Assembly (NCBI GenBank): GCA_965249055.1
Contig: CBDFKX010000002.1
Location: 3,212,134-3,276,133, forward strand
Length of the DNA stretch: 64,000 bases
Source: Candidatus Aldehydirespiratoraceae bacterium
GTDB taxonomy: Bacteria; Actinomycetota; Acidimicrobiia; Acidimicrobiales; Aldehydirespiratoraceae
Direction of reading: 5' to 3'
Shown: one piece after another, positions 1 through 9,531 of the stretch
Layout of the letters: each line of letters opens with the position of its first letter
How positions within the stretch are numbered: the stretch's first letter is position 1
The notes under the pieces: model-generated
What the model was told of the DNA's origin: nothing
What the model saw: the letters and a program-made list of their open reading frames with translations, nothing else
Databases searched by the model: none
Position numbers and translations under genes: made by a program

Positions 1-1
1 T

Positions 2-751
2 GTCTGCCTGTTTGGCCTGCAACGGCGCGTGGACCGCACCATGGGCGTAATACAGGAAGAACGGTTTCGTTGGATGCGAGGAGCGAACCTCGTCGATCAT
101 CTTGATGGCCTGATCGGTGAGGTCGTCGGTGAAGTAATAGTCGTCGGGGTACTGGTCGATGTTTATGTGATGGTTGTCTTCGTAGAGCCGATGTGGCTGA
201 TGGAAGTTGGTGAATCCATCGAGGATTCCGTAATAGCGTTCGAAGCCCTTTTGGAGCGGCCAGGAGTTGCGAGGCCCGGCTTCGCTGAGACTGGAGTCCT
301 TGCAGAGGTGCCACTTGCCAACCATCAGCGAGGCCCAACCATGGTCCCGGAAGAGTTCGGCCATGGTCACGGCATCATCACGGATCTCATGCGCATAGCC
401 GGGAAATCCGGGATCGCTGTGCGCAACATGGCCCATACCGGCCAGGTGATGGTTGAGCCCGGTCAACATCGACGCCCGAGTCGGCGAACACATCGGGTTG
501 ACGTGGAAGTTGGTGTAGCGAACACCATTGACGGCTAGAGCATCCAGTTCGGGGGTGTCGATTTCAGATCCGTAACAGCCGAGGTCAGCAAAACCTAGAT
601 CGTCGGCCAGCATGACGATGATGTTGGGAGCACCTTCGGCAGCGGTGGGACGCGGCGGCCACGCTGGTTCAGAGGTTGAGAAGATGCGCCCGACTTCGCC
701 GTCAAACCCCGCGTAGGGCGCGGTTGAGTCCGGTACCGGGGTGGTTGACAC
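2..751 (-). CDS. arylsulfatase (N-terminal part, runs off window)
   Basis: Manual translation from GTG 751: PNIIVMLADDLGFADLGCYG, formylglycine motif CSPTRAS, GKWHL; absent from ORF track because it has no stop in the window. Confidence 0.9.
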   Translation of the reverse strand, partial: MSTTPVPDSTAPYAGFDGEVGRIFSTSEPAWPPRPTAAEGAPNIIVMLADDLGFADLGCYGSEIDTPELDALAVNGVRYTNFHVNPMCSPTRASMLTGLNHHLAGMGHVAHSDPGFPGYAHEIRDDAVTMAELFRDHGWASLMVGKWHLCKDSSLSEAGPRNSWPLQKGFERYYGILDGFTNFHQPHRLYEDNHHINIDQYPDDYYFTDDLTDQAIKMIDEVRSSHPTKPFFLYYAHGAVHAPLQAKQAD

Positions 752-752
752 G

Positions 753-1964
753 TCAGCTTTTGAAGAAAGCGGGGCTCGTCGCTTTGCGGGGTATCTCCGC
801 CAATGGAGTTGCCACCGCAGCAACCGACGGGCCGTGTTCGGCTCCGAGAGGTGCTAGCGCATCAAGATCAAAGCGGTACACATAAGCCGCGTTTTCGCTC
901 AGCACTCTGCGCATGTCTGATTCTTCCCAATGCGAGAACGACCGCTGCAGCGCTTCGAGCGAATAGGGGTAGGTGCCTTCGTGGTGGGGATAGTCAGAGC
1001 CCCACATGACTTTGTGGACTCCTAGAGTCCTGATCGCTTCGGCTTCTGCCGGCGACGGGAACGACGCTCCGATCCAGACATTGCGGTCGAAGTACTCGCT
1101 GGGTTTCATGGGGAGGACCACATCGGCCGAAAAGCCGAGTTCGCCGACGCGTCCGGCAGAAATCTGCATGTGATAGGCGTCCATGCGCCTCAGTTCGTCA
1201 ATGGCCCAAGCCGTACCTTGCTCGGTCATTACATACTTGAGTTGGGGGAAACGTTCGAACACGCCGCTCATGATCAGGTGAGACAGGTTCCGGTGGGCGA
1301 AGAACGGCACCTCCATCAAGAAGATCAGTCCCGAAGCGGGATCGCTGCCATAGTTCGGCGTGCCGTTGCCGCCGTGTTGGGTGATCACCAGATCGAGGTC
1401 GGAGATAGCCGCCCACAGTCGATCCCAGTGCGGTGACCAAAGACCGGGCAAGTCAACATCGGGTGCAACATGGGGCATCATGAAGCTCCGGAATCCCTCC
1501 GCTGCGGCCCATTCGAGGGTGCTGATTGCGTCGTCAAGGTCTTCTAAGAAGATCTGTGGCAGGCCGCAGCGTTGCGTCGGATACAGATCGCACCAATCCT
1601 TGAGCCAGCGGTTGTGGGCCTCAATGCCGGCCCGGCGACGCTCGTATTCTTCTCGGTCGCGTGGTGGGTAGGCGATCAGCATCCCGGTTGGGTAGAACGG
1701 CGGCACAGTGTTCGGAAAGGTGATCTCAGCAACGATGCCGTCTGCATACTGTTCGCTCAGCCGCCGCTCGTTGTCCCAGTTCCGGGTCCGGCCGTCGTCT
1801 TGGAGGTCTCGGTAGGGGTTGCTGTACGCACCCCGCCACTCGGCAAAGGCCTCTTTCCACTCGGACGCAAGGTACTCCTCATACATGGCCATGTTGCCGC
1901 CCGCATGGCTGTCCGCCGTGATGATCGTGTAGTTGTCACTCATGGGGGTCAGCCTAGGGGCCAA
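753..1964 (-). CDS. amidohydrolase family protein (Amidohydro_2)
   Basis: ITADSH metal-binding start and MWGSDYPHHEGT motif. Confidence 0.85.
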   Translation of the reverse strand: MAPRLTPMSDNYTIITADSHAGGNMAMYEEYLASEWKEAFAEWRGAYSNPYRDLQDDGRTRNWDNERRLSEQYADGIVAEITFPNTVPPFYPTGMLIAYPPRDREEYERRRAGIEAHNRWLKDWCDLYPTQRCGLPQIFLEDLDDAISTLEWAAAEGFRSFMMPHVAPDVDLPGLWSPHWDRLWAAISDLDLVITQHGGNGTPNYGSDPASGLIFLMEVPFFAHRNLSHLIMSGVFERFPQLKYVMTEQGTAWAIDELRRMDAYHMQISAGRVGELGFSADVVLPMKPSEYFDRNVWIGASFPSPAEAEAIRTLGVHKVMWGSDYPHHEGTYPYSLEALQRSFSHWEESDMRRVLSENAAYVYRFDLDALAPLGAEHGPSVAAVATPLAEIPRKATSPAFFKS

Positions 1965-2024
1965 GCGAGCACCCTAAGGAATCCGTCACGACTATCTCTG
2001 AGGTGGCACGCCAATGAAGCCTCG

Positions 2025-2861
2025 CTACGTGGTTTCGTCGACCTGTTCATCCTCGCGCAGATGAACGGCACGACTCGGTAGTCCCACCAAGACGCCGCCG
2101 ACGATGTTTCCCAGCGTGACCGGAATCAGGTTGCCGAATACCCCGGCCCAGGTGAGTTGCTCCACGTCGCCGGCCACGAGTCCGGCCGCTTCGATTGCAC
2201 CCGGCTCTGACGAAATCAACACTCCGACCGGCGTGAAATACATGTTGGCGATGCTGTGCTCGAACCCCCCGGTGACGAAGGCAGCGATGGGCAACAGCAC
2301 CCCGAACATCTTGTCGGTGACGGTGCGACCCGCCGCGGCCGTCCACACAGCGAGGCAGACCAAGATGTTGGCCAAGACACCTCTCAGGAAAGCCTCCACG
2401 AATCCCAGGTTCACCTTGGCATTGGCGGTCGACACCGCTTCCGCGGCGAACGACATGTCGCCCTGTTCCCACCAGCGGCTGTAGAACACCAGCAGCACTA
2501 GCGCTATAGAGCCGACGAAGTTGCCTACGTAAACCAGTGTCCAGTTACGGGCCACCCCAATAAAGCGCACTTGGTGAGTGATGAGACTCGTGACCATCAA
2601 GTTGTTGCCGGTGAACAATTCGGCTCCGAGCACCACCACAAACAGCAGGCCCACCGAGAAGCCCATGCCCATCAGCAACCGCGTCGGCCCGAGGCCGAGT
2701 GCCGAGCCTGCCCCGATGCTGCTGGCGAACATGGCACCGAGAGCGATGAAAACGCCTGCCGCGACGGCGAGCATCAGCGTCGCGACTGTCTCGGCTTGGG
2801 CCTTGAGCGCTCCAGAACTCGCTACCTCGCGTGAGAGTTCCTCTGGTGTCGGCGCGGTCAC
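2025..2861 (-). CDS. formate/nitrite transporter (FNT family)
   Basis: GAELFTGN, GNFVG, FEHSIANM, GNIVGG motifs; hydrophobic helices. Confidence 0.9.
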   Translation of the reverse strand: MTAPTPEELSREVASSGALKAQAETVATLMLAVAAGVFIALGAMFASSIGAGSALGLGPTRLLMGMGFSVGLLFVVVLGAELFTGNNLMVTSLITHQVRFIGVARNWTLVYVGNFVGSIALVLLVFYSRWWEQGDMSFAAEAVSTANAKVNLGFVEAFLRGVLANILVCLAVWTAAAGRTVTDKMFGVLLPIAAFVTGGFEHSIANMYFTPVGVLISSEPGAIEAAGLVAGDVEQLTWAGVFGNLIPVTLGNIVGGVLVGLPSRAVHLREDEQVDETT

Positions 2862-3010
2862 GACGCCACTTTAGACGCTGCCAAGCCTGACAACCGGTTC
2901 GCTACGGAAGTCAACCCGTATCGGGGCGATGAGCCACGTAAACCGGGCTCGAAACACCTCTGGGCCGAAAGCAGGTTTGTGACCGTCGGATTGGCGACGT
3001 TGGATTTCTC

Positions 3011-3198
3011 GGGTCACCAACGGCCCACCGAAGCAGTCAACAACCTGATCAAACGCGTCAAACGCGCCGCCTACGGGTTCCGACGATTCACCCACTACCG
3101 GATACGAGCACTCCTCTACGCCGACAAACCAAACTGGGAACTCCTCAACACCATCACTCCCCGCTAATACGCGAAGAGCCGCTAATACGCGAAGAGCC
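3011..3198 (+). mobile_element. ISL3-family remnant (transposase C-terminus plus right end)
   Basis: TEAVNNLIKRVKRAAYGFRRFTHYRIRALL typical of ISL3 C-termini; ends in GCGAAGAGCC (rc GGCTCTTCGC). Confidence 0.75.
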
Positions 3199-3200
3199 GC
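3161..3200. repeat. 18-bp tandem duplication CCGCTAATACGCGAAGAG x2
   Basis: Exact copies at 3161-3178 and 3179-3196, then CCGC. Confidence 0.9.
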
Positions 3201-3268
3201 GATCAGCATTCACACCGTTGCCGCACCCGGCCAGCAGACCCGACAACGCCAACACAGCGCACGCCGAC

Positions 3269-3553
3269 TTAAGCCGCGTCATCGGTCCGCGGAACCGCCG
3301 TGCCAGCAGCGTTGCTGGTCGTCCAGCGATCAGCTAGGCGCACGGTCGCCCAACGGATGGCCAGAAGGCCAGCGTACGCAAGCGCCGCCACTGCAGCGCC
3401 CCTACCCACCGCGGCGGACATCGTGTAACCGTCGGAGTGAAACGACAGCGCAGATACCACGCCGCCGGTCACGGCTCCGGCGACAAACCCAAGGAGCGTA
3501 GATACCGGGTGCTTCCGATACAAACTCTCCATATTGGTAACGAATTTCCTCAT
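3269..3553 (-). CDS. small two-TM membrane protein (hypothetical)
   Basis: AGGAG RBS before ATG 3553; two hydrophobic Gly/Ala helices. Confidence 0.55.
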   Translation of the reverse strand: MRKFVTNMESLYRKHPVSTLLGFVAGAVTGGVVSALSFHSDGYTMSAAVGRGAAVAALAYAGLLAIRWATVRLADRWTTSNAAGTAVPRTDDAA

Positions 3554-3601
3554 AGCGATACTCCTTCTCATATTTCTCTAATTCTTTCGATCTCTTTCAT
3601 C

Positions 3602-3892
3602 TTATGCCACCCAGATGACCGACGGAATCCAACTGCAGACCCGCTTGTTCACCCAGTGCCCTGCTACTGCTCCTGCGCCAGCGCCGACAGACCCACCGGC
3701 GATGCCACCGACGACAGTGCCCGCCCCAGGCGCAACGCCAGAGCCAACGGCCATGCCCGCGAGAGTCCCGACCCCCGTGCCAGCCGCGGTCGTCGCAGCG
3801 ATCACGAAGACTTGGACGTACTCACAAACCTCGCTGCTGATATGCCAGTGGTTCCTGCTCACCGTTACGTAATAGGTAACCCACTCGCACAC
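3602..3892 (-). CDS. glycine-zipper small protein (hypothetical, may be 5'-truncated)
   Basis: GxxxG repeats GTGVGTLAGMAVGSGVAPGAGTVVGGIAGGSVGAGAG flanked by Cys/Trp-containing segments. Confidence 0.55.
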   Translation of the reverse strand: MCEWVTYYVTVSRNHWHISSEVCEYVQVFVIAATTAAGTGVGTLAGMAVGSGVAPGAGTVVGGIAGGSVGAGAGAVAGHWVNKRVCSWIPSVIWVA

Positions 3893-3994
3893 ACCGCGCG
3901 TGACCTCGAAACGACAACGAGACCGCGCCGAGGAGCCATCGAGACCCGCTCCCCTGCAAGGCGTCGATTTCGACTTTTTCTTCCACCGCTCAGG

Positions 3995-4810
3995 TCAGGC
4001 TAGTTCCAATCGAACTCTTATGTCTCGAGCTCCCGTCGGGGCGAGACCCGAAATGAGAAACGAAACAAGCCAGCCAATGCAGTTCAGTGAAAACTCAGGC
4101 AGGGTCGCGGTTGCAGTCAGGTGAAACGGACTCAGCGGTGAGGTAGCTTCGGCCTTCCCTCGCGATGGTTGATTCTCGAATTCGACTCTGAACGGGTCTA
4201 TGGGTCGCCTCGTGAAGTTCAATTCAAGGTCCAACTCTGGATTGTTCGGATCGGCGTGCCAGTCAAGTTGTGCCCGAACGTTCACGGTATGAGTTGAATC
4301 GTACGAGCGGAACAGACCCAAACTGTCGAGGAGGCAAAACAGGTTCCACCGCGCTTCGCCTGGTTCGTACGTGAGTTCAATCTTCTTCGGCTCGAAGATC
4401 CCGAACCGCGCCAGCGATGTTTCGGCGCAGTGAAAGAATTGAGGGATAGCCCCGCTGGAACGGCTGTTCTCACCGGCAAAATCCGAATTCAGTCCCACCT
4501 GGAACTCCGCTATCGCAATCGGATCGAGCTGTAAGAACCCGGCGAGGTTCATTCCCCAGAGCCCGTCTCGGTTGGCATAGGTGTGCCCGTCCTTGGCTTT
4601 GTGGCGCACTGACGAATCAAATCCGAGGTACTCGGCGGTTGAATGAAAAACGCCGTAGAGGTCTACACCGTGAAGTTCTTCACCATGTCCATCCTCATCG
4701 AGTTCCTCATGCCAAACCAGCCCAGGCACCCCATCCAGTGATCCTTCCAATCGCAGGTGAAGCGTTTCAGTAGGTTTTCCAAGCCCTATGGCCACATCCT
4801 TAAAGAGCAC
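3995..4810 (-). CDS. hypothetical protein
   Basis: 271-aa ORF with protein-like composition, start overlaps upstream stop; no recognised motif. Confidence 0.55.
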   Translation of the reverse strand: MLFKDVAIGLGKPTETLHLRLEGSLDGVPGLVWHEELDEDGHGEELHGVDLYGVFHSTAEYLGFDSSVRHKAKDGHTYANRDGLWGMNLAGFLQLDPIAIAEFQVGLNSDFAGENSRSSGAIPQFFHCAETSLARFGIFEPKKIELTYEPGEARWNLFCLLDSLGLFRSYDSTHTVNVRAQLDWHADPNNPELDLELNFTRRPIDPFRVEFENQPSRGKAEATSPLSPFHLTATATLPEFSLNCIGWLVSFLISGLAPTGARDIRVRLELA

Positions 4811-5819
4811 TGTCTACCACACGGCTATCGCGGCGATCGTGCCTTTCTGTCAGTCGGGTTCGCTGTTCGGCGAGGGTTTTGCCGGCGGCCCAATTGTTGG
4901 CCTCTAGGGCCTTGAGGATTCCTACCAGGTTGCGGTCTCGGATGCGTTCCAGTTCGCGGGGCGTGTATTGGCCGGACTGAGTGTCGGACTGAGCAACCAG
5001 CGTGTCGACAAGTTCATCGCTGAGGTCGGGGACGTCGGTCAACTTGCTCCACGGAAGCGCCAACGTCGGGCCGAACTGACGGATGAAGTGAGCGAAACCG
5101 CCTTCTCCCCCGGCCGCGCGGTAGGTCTCAAAGAGTCCCATCTGAGCCCAGCGCAGACCGAAACCGAATCGAATCGCGTCATCAATCTCTCCGGTGGTGG
5201 CAACACCGTCGTTTACCAGCCATAGCGCCTCGCGCCAGACGGCTTCAAGCAGGCGATCAGCGATGAAGGCATCGATCTCGACACGGACATGCAACGGCTT
5301 CATGGAGATCGATGAATAAGTCTCCATAGCCGCAGCAATCGCCGACTCTGCGGTCTGTTCTCCACCGCAAACCTCCACCAGCGGCAAGAGATACACGGGA
5401 TTGAATGGATGGCCTACAAGCAAACGCTCCGGGTGAGCCAAGGGGGCTTGAAGGTAGGTGGGCTTGATCCCCGACGTGGACGATGCGATCACCGTGTCGG
5501 GCGGGGCGTGCTGATCGATCTCGGCAAGGATGCCCCTCTTGACATCAAGGTTTTCGGGAGCACTTTCCTGCACGTGGTGCGCCTCTGCGACAGCTTCGGC
5601 GATTGAGTCGACGACGGTCACGGTGCCCTCGTTGGTGGGTGGCAGTTCAAGGTCACCCCACGCGGCGCGGGCGTTGGCAAATACCTCGTCGATGATCCGC
5701 GCAGTGTCGGGGTTGGGGTCGGCAACCAACACGTCAACCCCGTGCAGGGCGAACCGAGCGGCCCATGCGGAACCAATCACACCGGCGCCAACAACGGCAA
5801 CTGTCTCCATTGAAGCCAC
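4800..5819 (-). CDS. lcdH: L-carnitine dehydrogenase (3-hydroxyacyl-CoA dehydrogenase family)
   Basis: GAGVIG, QESAPE, GHPFNPVYLLPLVE, GLRWAQMG; context with BKACE and GBB dioxygenase. Confidence 0.8.
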   Translation of the reverse strand: MASMETVAVVGAGVIGSAWAARFALHGVDVLVADPNPDTARIIDEVFANARAAWGDLELPPTNEGTVTVVDSIAEAVAEAHHVQESAPENLDVKRGILAEIDQHAPPDTVIASSTSGIKPTYLQAPLAHPERLLVGHPFNPVYLLPLVEVCGGEQTAESAIAAAMETYSSISMKPLHVRVEIDAFIADRLLEAVWREALWLVNDGVATTGEIDDAIRFGFGLRWAQMGLFETYRAAGGEGGFAHFIRQFGPTLALPWSKLTDVPDLSDELVDTLVAQSDTQSGQYTPRELERIRDRNLVGILKALEANNWAAGKTLAEQRTRLTERHDRRDSRVVDSAL

Positions 5820-5850
5820 GCAGACTGCCCCTTCCTGTCCTTAGGGCTCG

Positions 5851-6738
5851 TCAGGTTCTCTTGGTCACACCGAGCATGTCCCGAACCTCGGCGGGACCCA
5901 TGACATCGATATTGAGGCAGTCGAGGATCTGCACGGCACGGTCGACGAGCATGCCGTTGGTGGCCAGTACGCCCTTTTCGAGATACAGGTTGTCCTCGAG
6001 GCCGACGCGCACGTTGCCTCCCACCAAGACCGCGGCAGCCACATATTCGAGTTGCCTGCGCCCGATTGAGAAGGTGGAGAAGGTCCAATGGTCAGGGGTG
6101 TTGTTGACCATCGCCATCAGAGTGTTCATGTCGTCGGGAGCGCCCCACGGAACACCCATGCACAACTGCGCCATGATCGGGGGTTCCAGCAGGCCCCGCG
6201 CTTCCATTTGCTTGGCGTACCAGAGATGACCGGTGTCGAAACATTCGAGTTCAGGCATCACATCGATCTCGGCGAACTGGCGGGCAATCTCATCTAGCTG
6301 CGAGGTGGAGTTGGTCATGATGTAGTCGCCCTCTCCAAAGTTCATAGTCCCCATGTCGATCGTGGCGATCTCGGGCATGCACTCACGCACATGGGCCATC
6401 CGTTCGGTGGCACCGGCCATGTCGGTGCCCTCCTCGTTGAGGGGAAGAGGATTCTCAACGCCACCGAGAGTCAGATCGGCACCGGTTCCCCCCGTGAGAT
6501 TGATGACCACATCGGTGTCCGACGAGCGAATTCGGTCGGTCACCTCTTTATAGAGGTCGACGTCACGGCTCTGCTTGCCCGTGGCCAGATCTCGGACATG
6601 GCAATGCACGATTGCAGCGCCAGCTTTGGCCGCTTCGATCGCGGCGTTGGCGATCTCTTCGGGTGTGACCGGAATGTGAACGGACCTGCTGGCCGTGTCA
6701 CCGCCTCCGGTAACAGCACAAGTGATGAACGTGCTCAT
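5851..6738 (-). CDS. beta-keto acid cleavage enzyme (BKACE; likely 3-dehydrocarnitine cleavage)
   Basis: ITCAVTG, HCHVRD, RVGLEDNLY motifs. Confidence 0.85.
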   Translation of the reverse strand: MSTFITCAVTGGGDTASRSVHIPVTPEEIANAAIEAAKAGAAIVHCHVRDLATGKQSRDVDLYKEVTDRIRSSDTDVVINLTGGTGADLTLGGVENPLPLNEEGTDMAGATERMAHVRECMPEIATIDMGTMNFGEGDYIMTNSTSQLDEIARQFAEIDVMPELECFDTGHLWYAKQMEARGLLEPPIMAQLCMGVPWGAPDDMNTLMAMVNNTPDHWTFSTFSIGRRQLEYVAAAVLVGGNVRVGLEDNLYLEKGVLATNGMLVDRAVQILDCLNIDVMGPAEVRDMLGVTKRT

Positions 6739-6750
6739 TGGATCCCCTCT

Positions 6751-7941
6751 CTATTCGGGTCTTCTTGACATCGGAGCGGTCTGGCGGCGGCGCATCAAGA
6801 CTCGCAGTCGCGAATACACCTCATCGTGATCGACATAGGCGCCTCGCAGCACTCTTCGGCCTGTGGTTTCGCTGAACGGACCGCGTCCGTGCAGGATTCG
6901 CCGGTTGTCGAAGGCAACGAGTTCGCCCGGAGAGAAAACGGAGCGAAGTTGGAACTCGTCGCTACGAGCCAGCTGAGAGAAACGCCGCAGAGCTTCATAG
7001 GCGAAGGGAAGATCCTCTTCGGCCATGTCGGGGAAGGCCCTCACAGGGTGAAACGTCCTAAATGTCAAAGGACTGCCAGGTCCCCCGTGATCAATCAGTG
7101 GGCCACTCCAACGATGGTCATGCTCGGGTGAACGGTTGAAGAAGATCCAGTTGGCGCGGCAGAGAATCTCATAGACCTCAGGTTCATTGTCGCGAAGGTG
7201 CCGAGCCACTGCGTAGCCGTCGGTCATATGGCTCAATCCCCCGGTGCAGTCGTTCACTTGACAGTGCAGAAGCTGGTATCCAGGCGGAATCTCGCGGGTC
7301 GGAAGATCAGCATGGGGAGCTAAGGGCAGAGCGGTGTTGGCCACCGAACCCGGATCCAGATCAGCGCTGACCGACCAAGTGGTACCAAAGTTGGTGTCGC
7401 GCAGCGCGCCGATTCGAAGGCCCAGATCGGTAACCACATCCTCTTGGGTTCCGAGTCCAACAAGGCGGGCGATACCCGACTCGACAAGCGTTGTCAGCCA
7501 TTGTCTCAACGCATCGTCGTCTTTGAGCACCCGCGGGCCGTCGAAGGTCGGCAGTTCCGGCAGGGTGGCAACTGTCCAGGTTTGAACTGCAGGGATGTGG
7601 GCGTTGTGGGCATGCCGACCCTCATGCACATGACGCAACCATCCGGAGTGGTATAGCGAAATCGGGTATCCCTCCCAGGTCACCTCCAGATCGCCATTGT
7701 CCGCAACAGCGACTCCTTTGAGCGTGTCCGGCAGCGGCAGATCCGCGGGGTCGAGTCTGTTCTCCCTGGTTTGTTCATCGATCGACTCGTCGCCCATGCG
7801 ATTCTCAAACAGCCAAAGCGCGTAAGCGCGCATCTCTGCCCCATCGGGCCAGCGAATCACCACAAAATCTCCGTCTCGCTGAGCACCAGAAATCGGATGC
7901 TCAACGTAGCGATAGAAATCTGGTGTCCTACCTAGAGACAC
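6751..7941 (-). CDS. gamma-butyrobetaine dioxygenase-like (TauD/TfdA family)
   Basis: HADLP HxD, DNRRILHGR, LRGAYVD; GBBH-like N-terminal domain. Confidence 0.8.
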   Translation of the reverse strand: MSLGRTPDFYRYVEHPISGAQRDGDFVVIRWPDGAEMRAYALWLFENRMGDESIDEQTRENRLDPADLPLPDTLKGVAVADNGDLEVTWEGYPISLYHSGWLRHVHEGRHAHNAHIPAVQTWTVATLPELPTFDGPRVLKDDDALRQWLTTLVESGIARLVGLGTQEDVVTDLGLRIGALRDTNFGTTWSVSADLDPGSVANTALPLAPHADLPTREIPPGYQLLHCQVNDCTGGLSHMTDGYAVARHLRDNEPEVYEILCRANWIFFNRSPEHDHRWSGPLIDHGGPGSPLTFRTFHPVRAFPDMAEEDLPFAYEALRRFSQLARSDEFQLRSVFSPGELVAFDNRRILHGRGPFSETTGRRVLRGAYVDHDEVYSRLRVLMRRRQTAPMSRRPE

Positions 7942-7965
7942 GACCTGCTGTATATGCGCAGTGTA

Positions 7966-8835
7966 TCAGTTATCGCGGAGCAGTTCGATGAGCGAACTTG
8001 AGTCCCAGCGACCGTGCCCTTGGCGCTGGAGACGAGCGTAGAACTGGTCAACCAATGCGGTTACCGGCAAATGGGCTCCGATGCGGTCGGCCTGGGCCAG
8101 ACAGATGCCCAGATCCTTGCGCATCCAGTCGAGAGCGAAGCCGTGATCGAACTTGCGTTCAGCCATTGTTTGGCTGCGGTTCTCCATTTGCCAGGAACCG
8201 GCGGCTCCTTTGGAGATGGTTTCGACGACATCGCCGACATCGAGTCCCGCCCGAATAGCGAAGTCAAGCCCCTCGCTGAGTCCCTGGATCAGCCCCGCTA
8301 TGCAAATTTGGTTGACCATCTTGGTTAGTTGTCCCGAACCGGGCCCGCCGAGAAGACGACAAGCCCGCGAGTAGGCGGCAATCAGCGGCGCTGCACGGTC
8401 GAAGTCGGCGCGCTCGCCTCCGCACATCACCGTAAGCACACCGTTCTCGGCACCCGCCTGACCTCCGGATATGGGCGCGTCGACGAAACCGACTCCTACC
8501 GCCGCTGCCGCAGCGTGTACTTCTTGAGCCAGATCAGCCGATGCGGTCGTGTGGTCGACTAGCACCGAACCGGATTTCATCGCCGAAAGAACTCCGCCGG
8601 CAGCGGTGGTGACGGCCCGAACATCAGGATCGTCGCCCACGCACACCATCACGAATTCAGCTCCCTCAGCGGCTGCCGCCGGTGTCGGTGCATGGGATCC
8701 GCCGTGCTCTTCGACCCAAGACTGCGCGCGGGCCGCCGTGCGGTTGTAGACGGTAACGCTGTGTCCGGCCGCCTGCAGATGCCCTGCCATCGGATACCCC
8801 ATTACTCCCAACCCGACAAATGCACAATTGCTCAT
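7966..8835 (-). CDS. 3-hydroxyisobutyrate dehydrogenase-family oxidoreductase
   Basis: GLGVMG, DAPISGG, KMVNQ, MRKDL motifs. Confidence 0.85.
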   Translation of the reverse strand: MSNCAFVGLGVMGYPMAGHLQAAGHSVTVYNRTAARAQSWVEEHGGSHAPTPAAAAEGAEFVMVCVGDDPDVRAVTTAAGGVLSAMKSGSVLVDHTTASADLAQEVHAAAAAVGVGFVDAPISGGQAGAENGVLTVMCGGERADFDRAAPLIAAYSRACRLLGGPGSGQLTKMVNQICIAGLIQGLSEGLDFAIRAGLDVGDVVETISKGAAGSWQMENRSQTMAERKFDHGFALDWMRKDLGICLAQADRIGAHLPVTALVDQFYARLQRQGHGRWDSSSLIELLRDN

Positions 8836-8892
8836 GGGTGCAGGCTAGAGGGGCAACTCCGGCAGGTGGCAGTCTGGGTTAAGGTCGAACCC

Positions 8893-9519
8893 ATGACCGA
8901 ACCGGTACGGATCGTTGTCTGGTCCGACTTTCTTTGACCATGGTGTTATGTCGGGACAGTTCGTCTCGACCAGCTCAAGGAGCGCTTTGGCGATCAGCTA
9001 AGCGTTGCTTGGCGGTCGTTTCTGTTGAGAACCGAGCCGAAGGCAGCATCGCTTGAGAAGTTCGTCCAATACACGAAGTCTTGGCGACGCCCTGGCGAGA
9101 TGGAGCCTGCAGTGGTGTTCAACGAGTGGGCCTCGGCAAACGAACCGCCTTCGTCAAGTTTGCCGGCTCAGGTGGCTGCCAAGTCGATGGAGATTCTTGC
9201 TCCTGAGAATGTTGACGCTTTTCATCATCGGCTTCTTCAGGCCTACTTCACCGAGAACCAGACCATCTCGGACTGGTCTGTGTTGGGTGCGGTTGCGAGA
9301 GACGTTGGCGTTGACGCAGACGAGTTTCTGTCAGTGACTCAACAGCGTGATCGCTCACTCACCGAGGACGTGATAGCGGACCACAACGAGGCCATCAATA
9401 GAGGCATCACAGGTGTGCCGGCGATGATCTTCAACGACACGTTCCCGATCCAGGGAGCCCAAGACTTCGACAGTCTGTCGACATGGATTCAGCGCCTGCT
9501 CGATCGTCAGTCTGGGTGA
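8893..9519 (+). CDS. DsbA/FrnE-family thiol-disulfide oxidoreductase, probable selenoprotein (UPWC)
   Basis: MTEPVRIVVWSDFL-TGA-PWCYVG continues in frame into ORF 9025..9519 (GITGVP, IQGAQ); TGA 8935-8937 replaces first Cys of CPWC. Confidence 0.85.
8950..8970 (+). promoter_or_regulatory. bacterial SECIS-like hairpin
   Basis: GTCGGGAC-AGTTC-GTCTCGAC 8-bp stem (one G-U) with G-containing loop about 21 nt after the UGA. Confidence 0.65.
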
Positions 9520-9531
9520 GGGGCCAACTTA

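Noticed and set aside
29-538. 169-aa plus-strand ORF
   Set aside because: Antisense to the sulfatase, which carries the CxPxR motif.
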